Below, in pieces: positions 1-12,900 of a stretch of 64,000 bases of DNA (position 1 is its first letter; each line of letters begins with the position of its first letter). A program made the translations under genes and the position numbers. A model generated the notes under the pieces. The model searched no databases. It worked only from the letters and a program-made list of their open reading frames with translations, and was not told the origin of the DNA. The DNA comes from Curvularia clavata (Eukaryota), in NCBI GenBank assembly GCA_023920165.1, contig CP089275.1, forward strand, positions 4,154,001 to 4,218,000, read 5' to 3'.

Positions 1-372
1 ATTATGCTCAAGACTCTCTTAGCTCTCCATTTGGAAATATATTCTCCAAAACTATGCGCATAGCACCCCAGATGCAAACGCTGTACTACCTTGTCTCTTC
101 ATTGATCGCATCTTTAGAGTTCCGCCAACATTTCTTCGCGATCATGACTGCTTTGCTTGCATCCCTTTCTCCCAAATTCTATTATAAGTTCTGGTCGAAG
201 TGTCATAGAATTGTTGAGGTCCCCTAATTCAGTACTCTATACTTCACTTTTTACTGTATATTACGGTAAGCTATGCTCGATGGCATGTACCAAACCGAGA
301 GGCTTTCCTCGTCCATGAATTTCCATTTGCAGACTGGTCCGAAGTTTATGCTCAGATTTAAGTAAAGATATG

Positions 373-480
373 TACAGGTTCCGAGAGCTCCGGTACCTAT
401 ACAGGTTCCGAAAGTTCCAGGTACTATTATACAGGTTCCGAGAGTTCCGGGCGGTATGCAGGTTCCGAGAACTCCGGGTA
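373..480. repeat. Degenerate tandem repeat, four copies of a ~27-29 bp unit (core CAGGTTCCGAGAGTTCCGG)
   Basis: Units read directly: tacaggttccgagagctccgg / tacaggttccgaaagttccag / tacaggttccgagagttccgg / tgcaggttccgagaactccgg. Confidence 0.85.
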
Positions 481-530
481 ATACTCCGTACCTAATTCTT
501 TACTTATCGGAGAAAGGTTATACCGAAGTA

Positions 531-580
531 TCTGAGCGTGTTGTCTGAGCGCGCTGTCTGAGCGCTGCTCGGTCTGAACG
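531..580. repeat. Short degenerate tandem repeat (TCTGAGCG core, three copies plus a TCTGAACG variant)
   Basis: tctgagcgtgttgtctgagcgcgctgtctgagcgctgctcggtctgaacg. Confidence 0.75.
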
Positions 581-959
581 TACATAGTAGTTCAGATGGT
601 ACGCGCGCAGCTTGAACCGAGATTCCATCGAGGAGCTATCCAAAGGGCGTCTAGCCCGTTACACTTCGGAGATGTAGAAACCGTTACTTTAATACACAAA
701 CTCTATATTTGTTCTTAACTACTATTCGCGGTGAGCCAAAAGCTGTCTATTTAGTCATAAGCACGTCCGAACACCTTGCCTGATAGAATAGGTGGGGCTG
801 TGCACCCTTGTCTCCAAGTTGGCGGAAACGATCTTGCAACTATGAGCAGGGGTGAAGCTGCAATCGATAGCGACTGTAATTCGCAGCTTGTTCAGATTCT
901 TTGATGAACAAATCCGGAGTATTATCCGAAAATTTCTTAGCGATACGAAACAAGGGGAA

Positions 960-2205
960 ATGCAACAGAGGGTTGGTGAAGAATGCTACAAACAAGCTAT
1001 CAGTTCCCTCGGTACTCTCAACGCTGAAAAAAAGGTCATCCGATTGAAAAAATACCAGTCGAGCCGGGCTTCCAACTGCGTCTCTAGCAGCGAAAATCAT
1101 CATGAACGTAAGGATCCTAATGAGAAGAAGCCCAAAAAAGTGCAACATGTTTGGATAGGATTTTGGGTTAAAATACTAGACTACTCACCTGGGGGACCCA
1201 CACTGTTCTTCCCACCGGAAAGTGGTCATGTCAAGCATCCCCGTTCGTGTGATATCCCACGATATCTTTTTCGGACATTTGACCGAGAAAGCTCTGGAAT
1301 CAACAATGAAGAGATAATGAAGTCGTCAGCAATCTGCTCCAGATACCAGCTGGGTCTCTCCAATGATTTGATGAGCATGGACGAGTTCTATGCTGCTGAT
1401 ATACTACATCACCATTTGAAAAACAAGTTCTACAAGGGAAGAGATGAAGATGACAACTTGGTTTCCTGGACTAGCTCGCTACTTTTCGCGATTCAATATG
1501 CGATATTTAGATGTTGTCACAATGAACTCAGGAGAACTGAGGTCAAAATATGCGTGGTGGACACCAGCCATTTCCCACAAGGGCAATTCATACACGACTT
1601 GCAGCTGCTTGCCAGATATATGCCCACGGCTAAACGCTTGAAAGGTTCTGTACTGAATTTTTTTGAGTTTCGTACAGGGAATGAAGATTACTACAATGGC
1701 GAATACCTCTCACAAGGGGTAGTAAACCATACAGGCAGATCTTGCATAGTTTCTTTGGAACAGCTACAAGCGGCCGGCCTATTCGAACTGTATCCGGAAT
1801 TAGGAGACCCTGAAGATCAGGACAAATGGGCAAAACGTGTGCGCTCTTTACGTACAAAGTGGTTGTATGAAAACGAAACAACTGAGGAAGACATATCACA
1901 TGCGCTCAACATTGCGCAAACGTGTTTCCCCTCATTCGAGACGAACGAGATAGCTTGTTTACTGCTATCGTTTAAGAAGCGCAATTTATCTAGTAAGCAA
2001 TCTAATCTTCCTCATATACCCATTATTATCATTAGAGGAGCGAATTCTAACGATCAAAGGCACCGACCAGTCTCCTCCGAAAGAAGCTCCTTCATGGGCT
2101 GACAGGCCTGTTGAAGTAAACCGGCATTGGCAGGCATTCGAAAAATTGGAGTTTTTGAAGCAAGGTTCCGAACACAATGTGGATTTACGAAAGATATTTG
2201 TGTGA
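960..2205 (+). CDS. Fungal uncharacterised protein with an ADP-ribosyltransferase-like R-S-E motif pattern (resembles the family I recall as DUF7587); start codon uncertain
   Basis: ORF 852..2102 with IPRYLFRTFD, LVSWTSSLLFAIQYA and YNGEYLSQG. Intron 1993-2059 (GTAAGC..CTAAC..AAG) gives an in-frame last exon (..PSWADRPVEVNRHW..) ending TGA at 2205. Confidence 0.65.
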
Positions 2206-2669
2206 CGCTTACGACCGCTGAGATACACATAACTCAAGCTAGACAATGGTGATTTTTGTCCACTAGATCAGTTTCAAGGAGGTTGTTAAGAAGAGTAAGG
2301 CAAAATATTATGTTAGTCCCAGTGTAAATATGCCTGAAGCGTCTAGATTCCCACCTTGCAGCATCGTCATGCCACAGCTCAACTCTTGAGGCTCTTAAAT
2401 TAATCTATTGTACAATGTCACTTTTGGTAATGGCCCCCAAAATGCGACTCGATTTATACTCACTGACAACCATGTAATGTGAAGGTTGTTGGAATAAAGG
2501 CATGCTGAAAAACTTGTGGGATCGTTCGCTGTACCGTTAGCAATTCAGTCACAACTCGCATGAACAATGATAAAATTAAAAGCCTTTCATTACTGCTGAT
2601 AGGAGCATAACATCTCTATACTGCATGCTAAGCAAATATCCACCCAATTACCTTGTCAACATTCTCATA

Positions 2670-4705
2670 TCAATGCTTCCTCAAGGCCAGTACCATCCAC
2701 CCAAATAACCTATATGCAAAGACAATGACAAGCATGTATCCCAGGTACTTGCCCATGTCCCCATTTTCAAATCCATACACACTCAGCACAGCCTTACCCT
2801 CCACCATACACTGGTCTTGCAGTGCACTAGGATACATGCACTGACAGCTGCCATCCACCAACCTCTCACACGCGTAGTTTCTTTTTCCGAACTCATTGAC
2901 CATCATACCCCGAAATACGTATGCCTGGTAATCAATGTAGTGAAAAACATAACGCCAAAACACGTTTAGCGTCTCGGGCTGGACCATGAAGCCATTGACG
3001 CACATCCAGAGACCGTTTGCAAATGCCGTTGCCGCAAGCGCCACAACGAAGATCGGAATGAGGGAGGAAAGCAACACGACGAGCGACTCGGCGGCCAGCA
3101 GGTCGAGGAATAGCCACAGAACCCACATCCAGAAGCCTTCAGCTGAAGGCCGAAAGTTGCCGAGCCAGTAGCTAATCACACTGAAGAGAATGGTGATAAG
3201 AAAGAGATACGGGATGCCGATGATAAAGTTAGCCAGCACAAAAGATGTAGGACCGTAGAGCCCGTTCGCACGCTCTTTGCTGTAGATGGCCAGATCCTCG
3301 AGGTAAGCGGGTATGTAGGCGACAGCCATGAAGGACATGAATGCGCCACCGAAGAAGATAGCGTTGGTGAAGGCTTGGATATTGGATTGTGTGGGGGCGA
3401 GTCGCAGCCAGACAGTGCCCATCATGATGGCGAGGCCCATGTACATAGCAATCCGGATCCCGTAAGCGACGATGTCGCGGTAGGATTTAATGAAGGAGCG
3501 GTGCATGAGTGTAAAGGGGATGGAGAAAGAACTTGCGGACATCTGCGTTGAGTGGGCTGCAGATGGCGATGGTCCTGAAGATTGGGCGTGTATCTTTTCG
3601 AGTACAACTGCGGCTGCCGGGGAACTAGCCCAAGATGTATGGAGTTGGTTGAGACGCTGAGCGGCGGCAGCGGGATCGGAGGAGAAATCAGTATTTACAA
3701 GGTCGATGACGAATTCGGCGGGGTTGTGGTAAAGAGGCATCTGGTAAGGATAATCATGTCAGCTTTCCTTGACTTTTGTCAACCTGTGTATTTTGTCGTT
3801 ACTCACTTCGTATCCTAGACCAGCAAAGTAGTTCCCAACCTTGCTCACCGCACCATTGTAGACGACTTGACCCTTGCTCAACAGCATGAGCTTGTCGAAG
3901 AGTTCGAAGGTTGTGGTCGAAGGCTGATGGATTGAAGCAATGACCAGCACTTTGTATTTCTTCGCAATGTTCCTGACAAAGTTCATGACTTCAAAACTGG
4001 CAGCGGAGTCTAAACCACTTGTCGGCTCATCGAGGAACAGTATCTTTGGGCTTGTGATGAGTTGACTGGCCACGCTGACACGACGCTTCTGACCACCAGA
4101 TACACCTTTTCGAATTGGTGTTCCAATTAATGTGTCGGCTTGATTTTGGAGGCCAAAAGACGACAAGAGACTGGCTATGCGCTCTTTACGTGCGGCTTTG
4201 CTGATCGAACTGTTGTAATACTTGATGTCAGAAACAGAGACAATGGTGAAGGCATTTCGAACAGCAGTCTAGTTGAGACATACCTGGGCAGTGCAAGTTG
4301 AGCCGCAAAATACAATGTCTCCCTGACTGTTAGAGACCCAACAAGTGCATCTTCCTGCTCTACGTAGCTGCTCAGTTTCCTGAACGAAGCTAGAGTTGTC
4401 GGTTCACCATTTATCCTTAAATCCTGGCGGATAGTTGAATTTGGTACAGCAGCCCGATGAGCCAATACATTGAGCAGAGTTGTTTTTCCTGAGCCACTGG
4501 GGCCCATCAAAGCGAGCATTTCTCCTGCCTCCAGGACACCGCTGACATTGCACAGAATATCAAGCGGAAGTTTCGAAGCGCGGTCTTTGACGGTGACAGT
4601 AACGTTCTCCCAGGTAAATCTTTTAACAAAATCGTTGGTTAGATGGGCGAAGTCGGAGCCCTCAGTGCCCTTTTCGACATCTTGGGATTCGCGCGACGAT
4701 GACAT
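2670..4705 (-). CDS. ABCG-type half-size ABC transporter (NBD-TMD), 3 exons
   Basis: Walker A GPSGSGKTT, signature VSGGQKRRV, Walker B ILFLDEPTSGLD, SIHQP loop, NPAEF motif and ABC2 membrane domain across ORFs 4175-4744, 3759-4166 and 2670-3740. Confidence 0.93.
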
Positions 4706-5741
4706 GACGCGCAAAGGGGCGGAAGGTGGAAAGCAGAGTCGCACTTATGGATCCCAGATGGCGATGAAGAAAGCAGTATGATTCGAAAACGTACTTTCGC
4801 AGAGCACAGCTACAACAACGAGACGAGCAAAGTTGAGGCCTAAAAGAGTATTTATCCTCTGCTCAGCCATGCAACCACCTTTCTAGGCCCCCAAAAATAC
4901 TCCACACATAGAACACGTACAGACACACCAATACTACACACTGATCCTACGCCTCAAAATCCAATCGGCGAATAAATCTTATTAGCACTGCTGGCCTGAA
5001 AGGCTGAGAGTCAGAGCGCTGACTGGACCCTACTGTAGATCCGTTGTTCAGACACACACGTGCAATAACACGGTTACACATGTTGGCTTAGCGAGAGACG
5101 CGAAGGAAGCAGCTGAACAACAGTGTGGCACCCCAATCAGGCGGACGCATCTAATGTGAGATGTAATGTAATGTCAGCTGCGGACTCCGAGGGGATAAAG
5201 AACGAGGAAGAAAAAAGAGTTTAATCGCCGTTTTTACCACTGGACTCCTACCGATCGACAGTGTGTTTGCATTCAAAGGATGAACGGTCGCTGTGCGATA
5301 GTAATGAAGCTGAAAACCTGAGATCCATTATGCTAGCTGTAAAGGGTATTTAAGACAATGCATCCGTGGCATGATGTTACAAGACAGAAAAAGCATTAAT
5401 ACCACCGACAAAATGTGCCAAGGTGTCTGGGGCAGAATCAGCCTTGTGGGACTCATTGCTGACGGCTGCTGAAGACGCCGGACCCTTATTACTCGGCGAG
5501 GTTTGCTTTTTCCCGCCATTCAACGGCCGTGCGTTTTCAACCTCGCCGACGTTGCGACAGCATACATGCGACGAATGCCCACACGCTTGACCACTCGGCC
5601 GTACACTGCTCTCCGATTAAGGTGCCTGACCTCAATTTTTCTTGTCCCCGAAGAAACTTTAGAGGCCGAGGACAAAACGGACGGCAGAAATATTTACAAT
5701 TCGGGTAAGGCTACAGTACAATCTCCGCCACGTCTTCCGGT

Positions 5742-8700
5742 TCAGTACATGTATTCACTGAGCTCCAATAACTGCGCATCTAGCGATCGCTTCGCTTGCA
5801 CACTGGCTTCTCTGTTCTCGGCAGCCAACCTCTCTTCGTAGGTCATTTGTAACAACCTCTTGGCATCTTCCTCTCCAAACCTACCACCAGGAACACCAAA
5901 GCCCTTGCCGTACTGCTTTGCTCTTGCGACAATGGCATCCGGACCTGCGGTAAACAGGTCAAAGAACAGTGCTGCGTAGGGCAATGATGCGCCGTTCTCA
6001 ATGTTCTTCAAATTCTGTTGCAAGACGAGGATATTGAGTTGCATCAATGCGCAGCCGTTGGTGTTCATGCGTTCGATCTTGGAGGTGCAGAGAGTGAAGA
6101 GGTATCGGTCCATCAACGATGCCAAGCCTCGCGTGATGTGACTATACGGGGCTGCGGGAATGTATGTTGAGACCTCTGTATCGAAAGACACTAGGTTTGA
6201 GTTGAGGGTGAGAACAGTCGGGTCAGGATCATTGAGAAGGGTGTCGATGTAGATGTTAGGCTGTATGCTTCCGTTGAGTGAGTACAGAATTGTACTTCGA
6301 ATAGCAAGATGTAAAGTGCGCAGGGCGCGGGTAGCAAGAGACCGATAGGTTGCTACTACTGCATCGAATATACTGCTTGAGGTCAGCGTGTTGCCTTACA
6401 AGTATAGACATGGTGTACTTACGCTGCTGTTTCTGTGCTCAACGGCAGATACACAGGGGCACCTTGAGGCCTGGGGTCTGAAGAAGCTAGTTTGGTCCAT
6501 CGCCTGTTGTGTTTCTGACCACTTGACTCGATGTTGACCGGAGCTGAGGCACGATCACTAATGTGCCGCAACTGGGCCGTTTTAGTAGCCAGCCACTTCA
6601 TGCTGGTGTAAAGTAGACACAAGTTGACGATGCTCTTCTTGTCATGGATCATATCTGCCTGGTCCAGAGGCTCGTCGGCTTCTACTGCCTCGATAAGAAG
6701 GTCGACTTCACTCTCGATAGCGTTGTTTAAGTTTGCATGGTCAGATGGATCTATTCGCTCCAGTCGAGCGATCAGTTCCTCCATGGCATCCGACTCGGCC
6801 CACACAGCTGGCGCTTTCATGAGACGACCACTGGATGTAGGCTTTGAACGGCCGACAAGGGCTTTGTACCAGCCCGTGCATTTCTGGGCATATGTGTCCA
6901 TTTGATTGACAATAAGTTGAGAGAAGGCTTGGTCATGTGGAAGATTGTCGAGCATTTTGCAGAAGGCTGTGATAAGGGCGAAAAATTGTGTGGTACCCTG
7001 CACGATTAGCTTGGATAAAAAAAAGCCAAGATCGTTCGTACCTTGAATATTGGCTTTTTGGAATGTCTTGCCCATTGGGGGTCTTCAGCAAAGGCATCAA
7101 GCTCAATAAAGGTTTGTGCACAAAGCTCAATCAGAGTTTCGTCTAGCTGGGGAAGGAAAACGTTGACTAAGAAGTCGTCTAGGAACGAGGTCAATGTGCT
7201 TAGGCTGATATCAGCATTGGATGGCACGACTTCTTTCAATCTATTGAGGAAGTCTAGCGAAGGTGGAAGGAGAATGCCCATGTTGAAAACGCTTGGCTCC
7301 ACGAGGAGTTTGTGCCCAGTCGCACTGCCGTCAAGATTGGTAGTGTTGTGGGTGTTGATATCCTCGAGTCTCTTTGAATCTGACACAAGACCCGGTACAG
7401 ACGTTTTCAGAATAAGCTCAAGGTCGTTTCGTTCTTTGGCGAGCTCAGGGGCTTTTGTATCGACATCTGTTAGTTTGAACATGCGCTTGTTCCTGTCACG
7501 GGGAGCACGTGAGAAGGCGCTGGCAGAAGACGCCTGGCCCTGGCCACCTCTGTAAGAAGCGTCACCATCTGTAGCAAGATAGTCGTGAAGGAGAGACCGT
7601 ATCTAACAATGGCGTCAGTTAAACACCTTCACAGAAAGTTGGCTGCCAGCTTACCTCGCTTTGATAGAGCTTCCACAGTTCCTTGAAGCCACGAGTCAAT
7701 GTTGCACTTGATGAAGTGCGACCCTCGCGTCGAACAATGCCCGCTACTACATCATGCACGGTTCGATGGCCTTCGGCGATGGCCTCGAAACGGGCATACA
7801 GCGTCCACATCAGGTCGTTCAGAAGGGTTGTTCGGACATCTTCACTTTCGATCTCAGTCTTTGACTTGGCACTCTTCTTGGCTGTATAAGCACGAAGTAT
7901 GCTGGGATGCCGTTGAGCTACTTCGTTGTTTGACTTCTCAACGACCTTGAACAGCTCGACGGGTAATCTTTGCTCAATTGTATCAATAGCAACCTCTAAG
8001 CGATTCATCTTCTCCAGGGCTTCTATGACGAGCCTCATGTATTGGAATGTGTCCGATTCCGGATTGTGGGTAGAATCGTCGGTCATCTAGGACGGTCAGT
8101 AGGGACCAGCGACTTGTGGCACATACATACTGGTTCAGAGGTATCCAAGCCGTCAAGGAAGTAATACATTAAGCGACCTCTTGCATCAGCCTGTGCACGT
8201 TGGGACACATCGCCCTTGACTTGGTTGTGGGCATATTCTTTCCACCTATCCTCGCAGTATGGTGATTTGAGATAGAGATGGCTGTGAAGTTCTTCGATCA
8301 GGATATCAGTGAGGGAGACTTCTTGGTTACTAAGATAGGTACGCAGATCAGACAAAGCGCCAATCTTCTCCATTTCAGTCTTGCGTATCATGCGTAGTGC
8401 ATCCTGAAGGATGTCTACGGCGGTCAAGAAACGCTTCTCTGATATCCGTGCTTCCAATCGTTCGGGAACAAGCTGCAGCTTTTCTATGGTGTCGAGCATT
8501 TGTAGCATTCCATCGTAGTTCTGTGAGGTTGTAGCAAACTCGCGCAGCTCTGGCTTTGCTGTGGAGAGCTGGGATTTGGCCGAGATGAGAGAGCTTTTGA
8601 GCGTCCTGACGCGGTGCTGCGAGCTCTGAAGACTGGACTGGATCTGATGGAAGGTACCAATGGAGCTGTTGAAGCCCTGGTGGTGCTCTGTAACGGTTAG

Positions 8701-9362
8701 TGACAAGCCAGCGTGTCTTCAGAGAAGTACCTACCATTGACGATTCCCTTAAGCGCATTCTGTAACTGTTGGTGAGTCTGCTGGAACTGGTCGGCCTGGC
8801 TTGCCAGACCCAGCGAGCTTGAGTCCATAAGCTTGAGAGCTACTTCAATGGGCACACATTGGTCCTTTGTCATGAATTCCCAGTTCTGGCGTATGAATTG
8901 CAAGACTTCCTCGATGGCCTCGCTGCCCGGCCCATAGTTTGCATTACCAGGCCTGCTGCCGTTCTGGCGGTCACTGCTGCGGCCCTTTGCTGGAGAGCGT
9001 TCGTTACCTCCTGGCCGTGGTGACATGCGAGGGCTTCCGTCGCGAGCAGAGAATCCACCACCACCGTAGCCACCAGGCCTGCGATCGCGATCACGATCAC
9101 TGCTGGGTCTTCTCTCCATGTCTTCGTCCTGGACGAGGCCTCCATATCCACCTGGCCGTCTGGGTCGTTCGCGCTCGTTGCTCGGTCGCGGCGCATAACC
9201 ATCTGTGGGAGCACTCATGCCCCCGTATCCACCCGGTCGCCGTGGCCGATCACCGCCAGGCTGGTTGTTGTAGCCGCTTTCGCCTGCACCGTAGCCGTTG
9301 TATCCCCCGTTGGCATAGCCTCCATTGGCACCCGCCTGCGAGTAGCCTGGGTTGCGCGACAT
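5742..9362 (-). CDS. SEC8: Exocyst complex subunit Sec8 (multi-exon)
   Basis: Sec8 N-terminal domain (VNEHHQGFNSSIGTFHQIQ after splicing; LIEELHSHLYLKSPY), LLVEPSVFNM, MQLNILVLQQNLKNIE; several coding segments joined by canonical introns. Confidence 0.92.
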
Positions 9363-9626
9363 AGTTGTCCTAGATTGCTCAAAGTTTCCAGTTTTCCGTG
9401 GTCACAGATTCCGTGGTCATTGCCTGCAGCAAAGAGTCTGGCGCATGGTTGGGGGTACGTGTTGCTGTGTGAATATATACGTCGATGTTGCGGGGAGCTC
9501 GGGGGTGTATCAATGTGGCCGTCGAGCGAGGACAGAGAGGAGGGTGTCACGGCGACACCACCACTGAAAGCTGCCAGGAAACTGTGATTTCGTCGCGGGT
9601 CGATATGGTCCCAAGGCGGTTACATC

Positions 9627-9629
<3 letters not shown>

Positions 9630-9663
<34 letters not shown>
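9630..9663. repeat. (GA)16 microsatellite in the SEC8/CTR9 divergent intergenic region
   Basis: Perfect GA run read directly. Confidence 0.97.
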
Positions 9664-9665
<2 letters not shown>

Positions 9666-9975
9666 CACTACAGTCATTGATCCACCCGTTCCGTCTCCGC
9701 ACGACTGGGGCTCGCGGCGTTAGGCATCATGGCTGCGATACGCGCCAAGACTTGCCCGTTCCGCACGTTCTGCCGGTTCCGCGCTCCTTCCCATTCCCAG
9801 CTCTCACCTCGCGATTTCTTGTCCAGTCCGTCAACCGCAGGCTGCCCATTGTGCAACTCCCGCCTTGCGCCCTCACCTGACCGACCTCTCCCTCTCTATC
9901 GCGCCGCCGCCCTCTTCAATGCCGCGCTGACATCGCCTGTCCATCTCCATCACGACCTGACTCCCTTTATCTAAC

Positions 9976-12900
9976 ATGGCCGCGGTTTACGCCAACGGCG
10001 CGAATGGCGTGAACGGTGCTGGCACCATGTTTCCACCACCACGTTACTCCGACGTTCCTAGCTCCATCACTATCTCGGTCGCCGATGACGAGGGAGGCCA
10101 GCTCGATGTCGAAATTCCCCTAGACGACCAGATCCAGGACGACCCGACCGAGCTGTGCGACATTCTCGAGGCCGAGAAGAGCGCGACATCAACCTGGGTC
10201 CAGGTCGCCGTCGCCTACGCAAAGCACAAACGCATAGAGACAGCCATCGATGTGCTCAAGCAGGCCACCAGCGTCTTCAGCCGCGCCCGCCCCGACGATA
10301 GGCTGAGCATCCTCAATGGCCTGTGCTGGCTGTACCTGCTCAAGTGCCGCGAGGCGCCTCGCGTCAAGCCCCGTATGTCGCCCGCCCTGCTACACACACA
10401 CACACACAATCTCTTTTCCCAGCTGCAAACAACTAACCCGTTTCCAGAAAATGCCGACCCAGACACAAAACTCAAAGAGTTCTGGATCCAGTCCGCAACA
10501 GGAGTCCTCAACGATGCCTCCAGAATCAGCCCCTCGCACCCCCCGCTATTCCTGGCGCGCGGCGTACTCTACCTTCTCAAGGCCTCACTCCAGGGCCCTG
10601 CCACTACCGCCGGCTCCATTGTAAGCCCTGAGCGTATGGAAACGCTCAAACAGGCTGCCAAGTGTTTCGAGGACGCGCTGAGAGCGTCGGGAGGAAGGAA
10701 CCTCATGGCTAAGATGGGCAAGGCACGCGTCAACTATTCCATGGGTAAATGGGCAGACGCTCTGAAGGCATACCAAAACATCCTCGAGAGTTCACCGGAT
10801 CTTATCGACCCAGACCCACGCATCGGTATTGGCTGTTGTTTCTGGCAGCTAGGCCACAAGGACGAAGCAGCCAACGCCTGGCAAAGATCCCTCGAACTGA
10901 ACCCGCGTTCCAAGGTTGCCTTGATCCTGCTCGGCATTTATAACTTCCAACAGACTGCCAACTTGTCCACCTCCGACCCCAAGTTTGCTGAGCTCATCAA
11001 GAAGGCTACCGGCGAGTTCATCCAGCCAGCATTGAAACTCGACAACCAGTATCCTCTGAGTTGTGCGACTGTCGGTAGTTACCTCATTCTCCGTAGGGAC
11101 GTCAACAAGACTGAAGACGTAGCGAGGCGTGCCATCGAGCTCACCGATACCAATGCCATTGCCAGTGATGGTTGGTACCTCCGTGCCAAGGTGGCACACC
11201 AGCAAGACAACATTGCATTGGCTGCAGAATACTACTCAAAGTCTGACCAGGCTCGTGGAGGCGAAGAGCGGGGCTTTATACCGGCCAAGTTTGGATTAGC
11301 ACAGATGAACGTTCTTATGAGCAACTACGATGGCGCAAAGTTCCGCTTGGAAAAGATCCTCCAACAGTCACCCAATGTGGAAGCTCAAACGCTTCTTGGC
11401 ACACTGTATGCTGAGGATGTCTTCAATGCTCAAAATAGCAAGTCCAATGAAGACAAGTCTGCAGAGCTGAAGAAGGCACTCAAGTACCTTGAGAGCGTTC
11501 AAAGTGCATGGAAAGACCCTAAGAAGAAGGTTGTACCCGACCAGTCGGTACTACTTAACCTTGCTCGCCTTTACGAGACTGAACACCCGGAAAGGAGTCT
11601 GAAGTGCCTTGAAGAGGTAGAGCAAATGGAAATCGAGGCCATACCCGAAGAGGACTACCCCGAGGGCGTTGAACAAGGCCCGGAGCTCACAACCGCGCTC
11701 CGCGAAATGCTTCCGCCCCAGTTGCTTAACAACATGGGCTGCTTCCATTTCCAAGCCGAGCGCTACGTCCGCGCTCAAGAGCTCTTCCAAGTCGCCCTCA
11801 CAGCGTGCGTCAATGCCGAGAACCGGGACGATACCATTGACACAGATGCACTCGTTACTTCCATCAGTTTCAATCTTGCCCGAACTTACGAAGCCGAAAG
11901 CCAAGCGGATGAGGCAAAGAAGGTATACAACAGTCTACTCCAAAGGCACCCCGATTACGTGGACGCCCGTATCCGCCTTACATACATGGCTTTGAAGGAG
12001 AACCCTCAAGATGAAGGCCCAAGAGCCGTCAAGGACCTGTTCAAACAGAACGAGGACAACGTCGAGGTTCGCGCTTTGTACGGATGGTACGTCAACAAGT
12101 CAAAGAAGCGGACACAGAACTTTGCTGCAGATGACGAACAGCGACTGTATAAGCACACTCTGCAAAAGTCTGACAAGCATGACCGCTACTCGCTTGTGGG
12201 TATGGGCAACATCCACTTGGCCATTGCCCGTGAGATGCCTCGGACTTCTGAACAGGACAAGGAGAAGCGCCGTAAAGGCTACGAGCGAGCCGTTGAGTTC
12301 TTCGACAAGGTTCTGCAACTCGATCCTAAGAACGCATATGCAGCTCAGGGTATCGCAATTGCATTGGTCGAAGACAAGAAGGACTACTCGACCGCCTTGC
12401 AAATCTTTACCAAGGTCAAAGAAACGCTCAAAGACCATAGTGTCTATGTGAACTTGGGTCACACATACTGCGAGATTAAACAGTACGCTCGAGCGATTGA
12501 AAACGTAAGTCTTGTCATTCGACTCTGTCTATGTGCATCGTAGCATTCGCTAATATCGCAAAGTACGAGGCGGCCTTGTCGAAGAATCGTCACAACGATC
12601 CCAAAATCCTGGCTTGTTTGGGTAGAGCATGGTACCTCCGAGCAAGGCACGAACGCAGCATAGCCGGCTTCCGAACTGCTCTCGACTATTCAAAGCAAGC
12701 TCTCAAAGCCGCTCCTTCCGACCTAAACTCCCAGTTCAACGTCGCCTTCGTTCAGTTCCAGATTGCCACCATGATTTACTCACTTCCGGAGCATCAGCGT
12801 ACCCTCGAGGAGGTTGACGACGCTGCGGCAGGTCTCACGGAAGCGATTGAGGCACTGGAGAAACTCGCAAAGGAGGAAACTCCACCTTTCCCACGCGCCG

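Noticed and set aside
373..480. Repeat-spacer appearance suggesting a CRISPR array
   Set aside because: Spacers are only ~6-10 nt, the repeats are degenerate, there are no cas genes and the context is eukaryotic.
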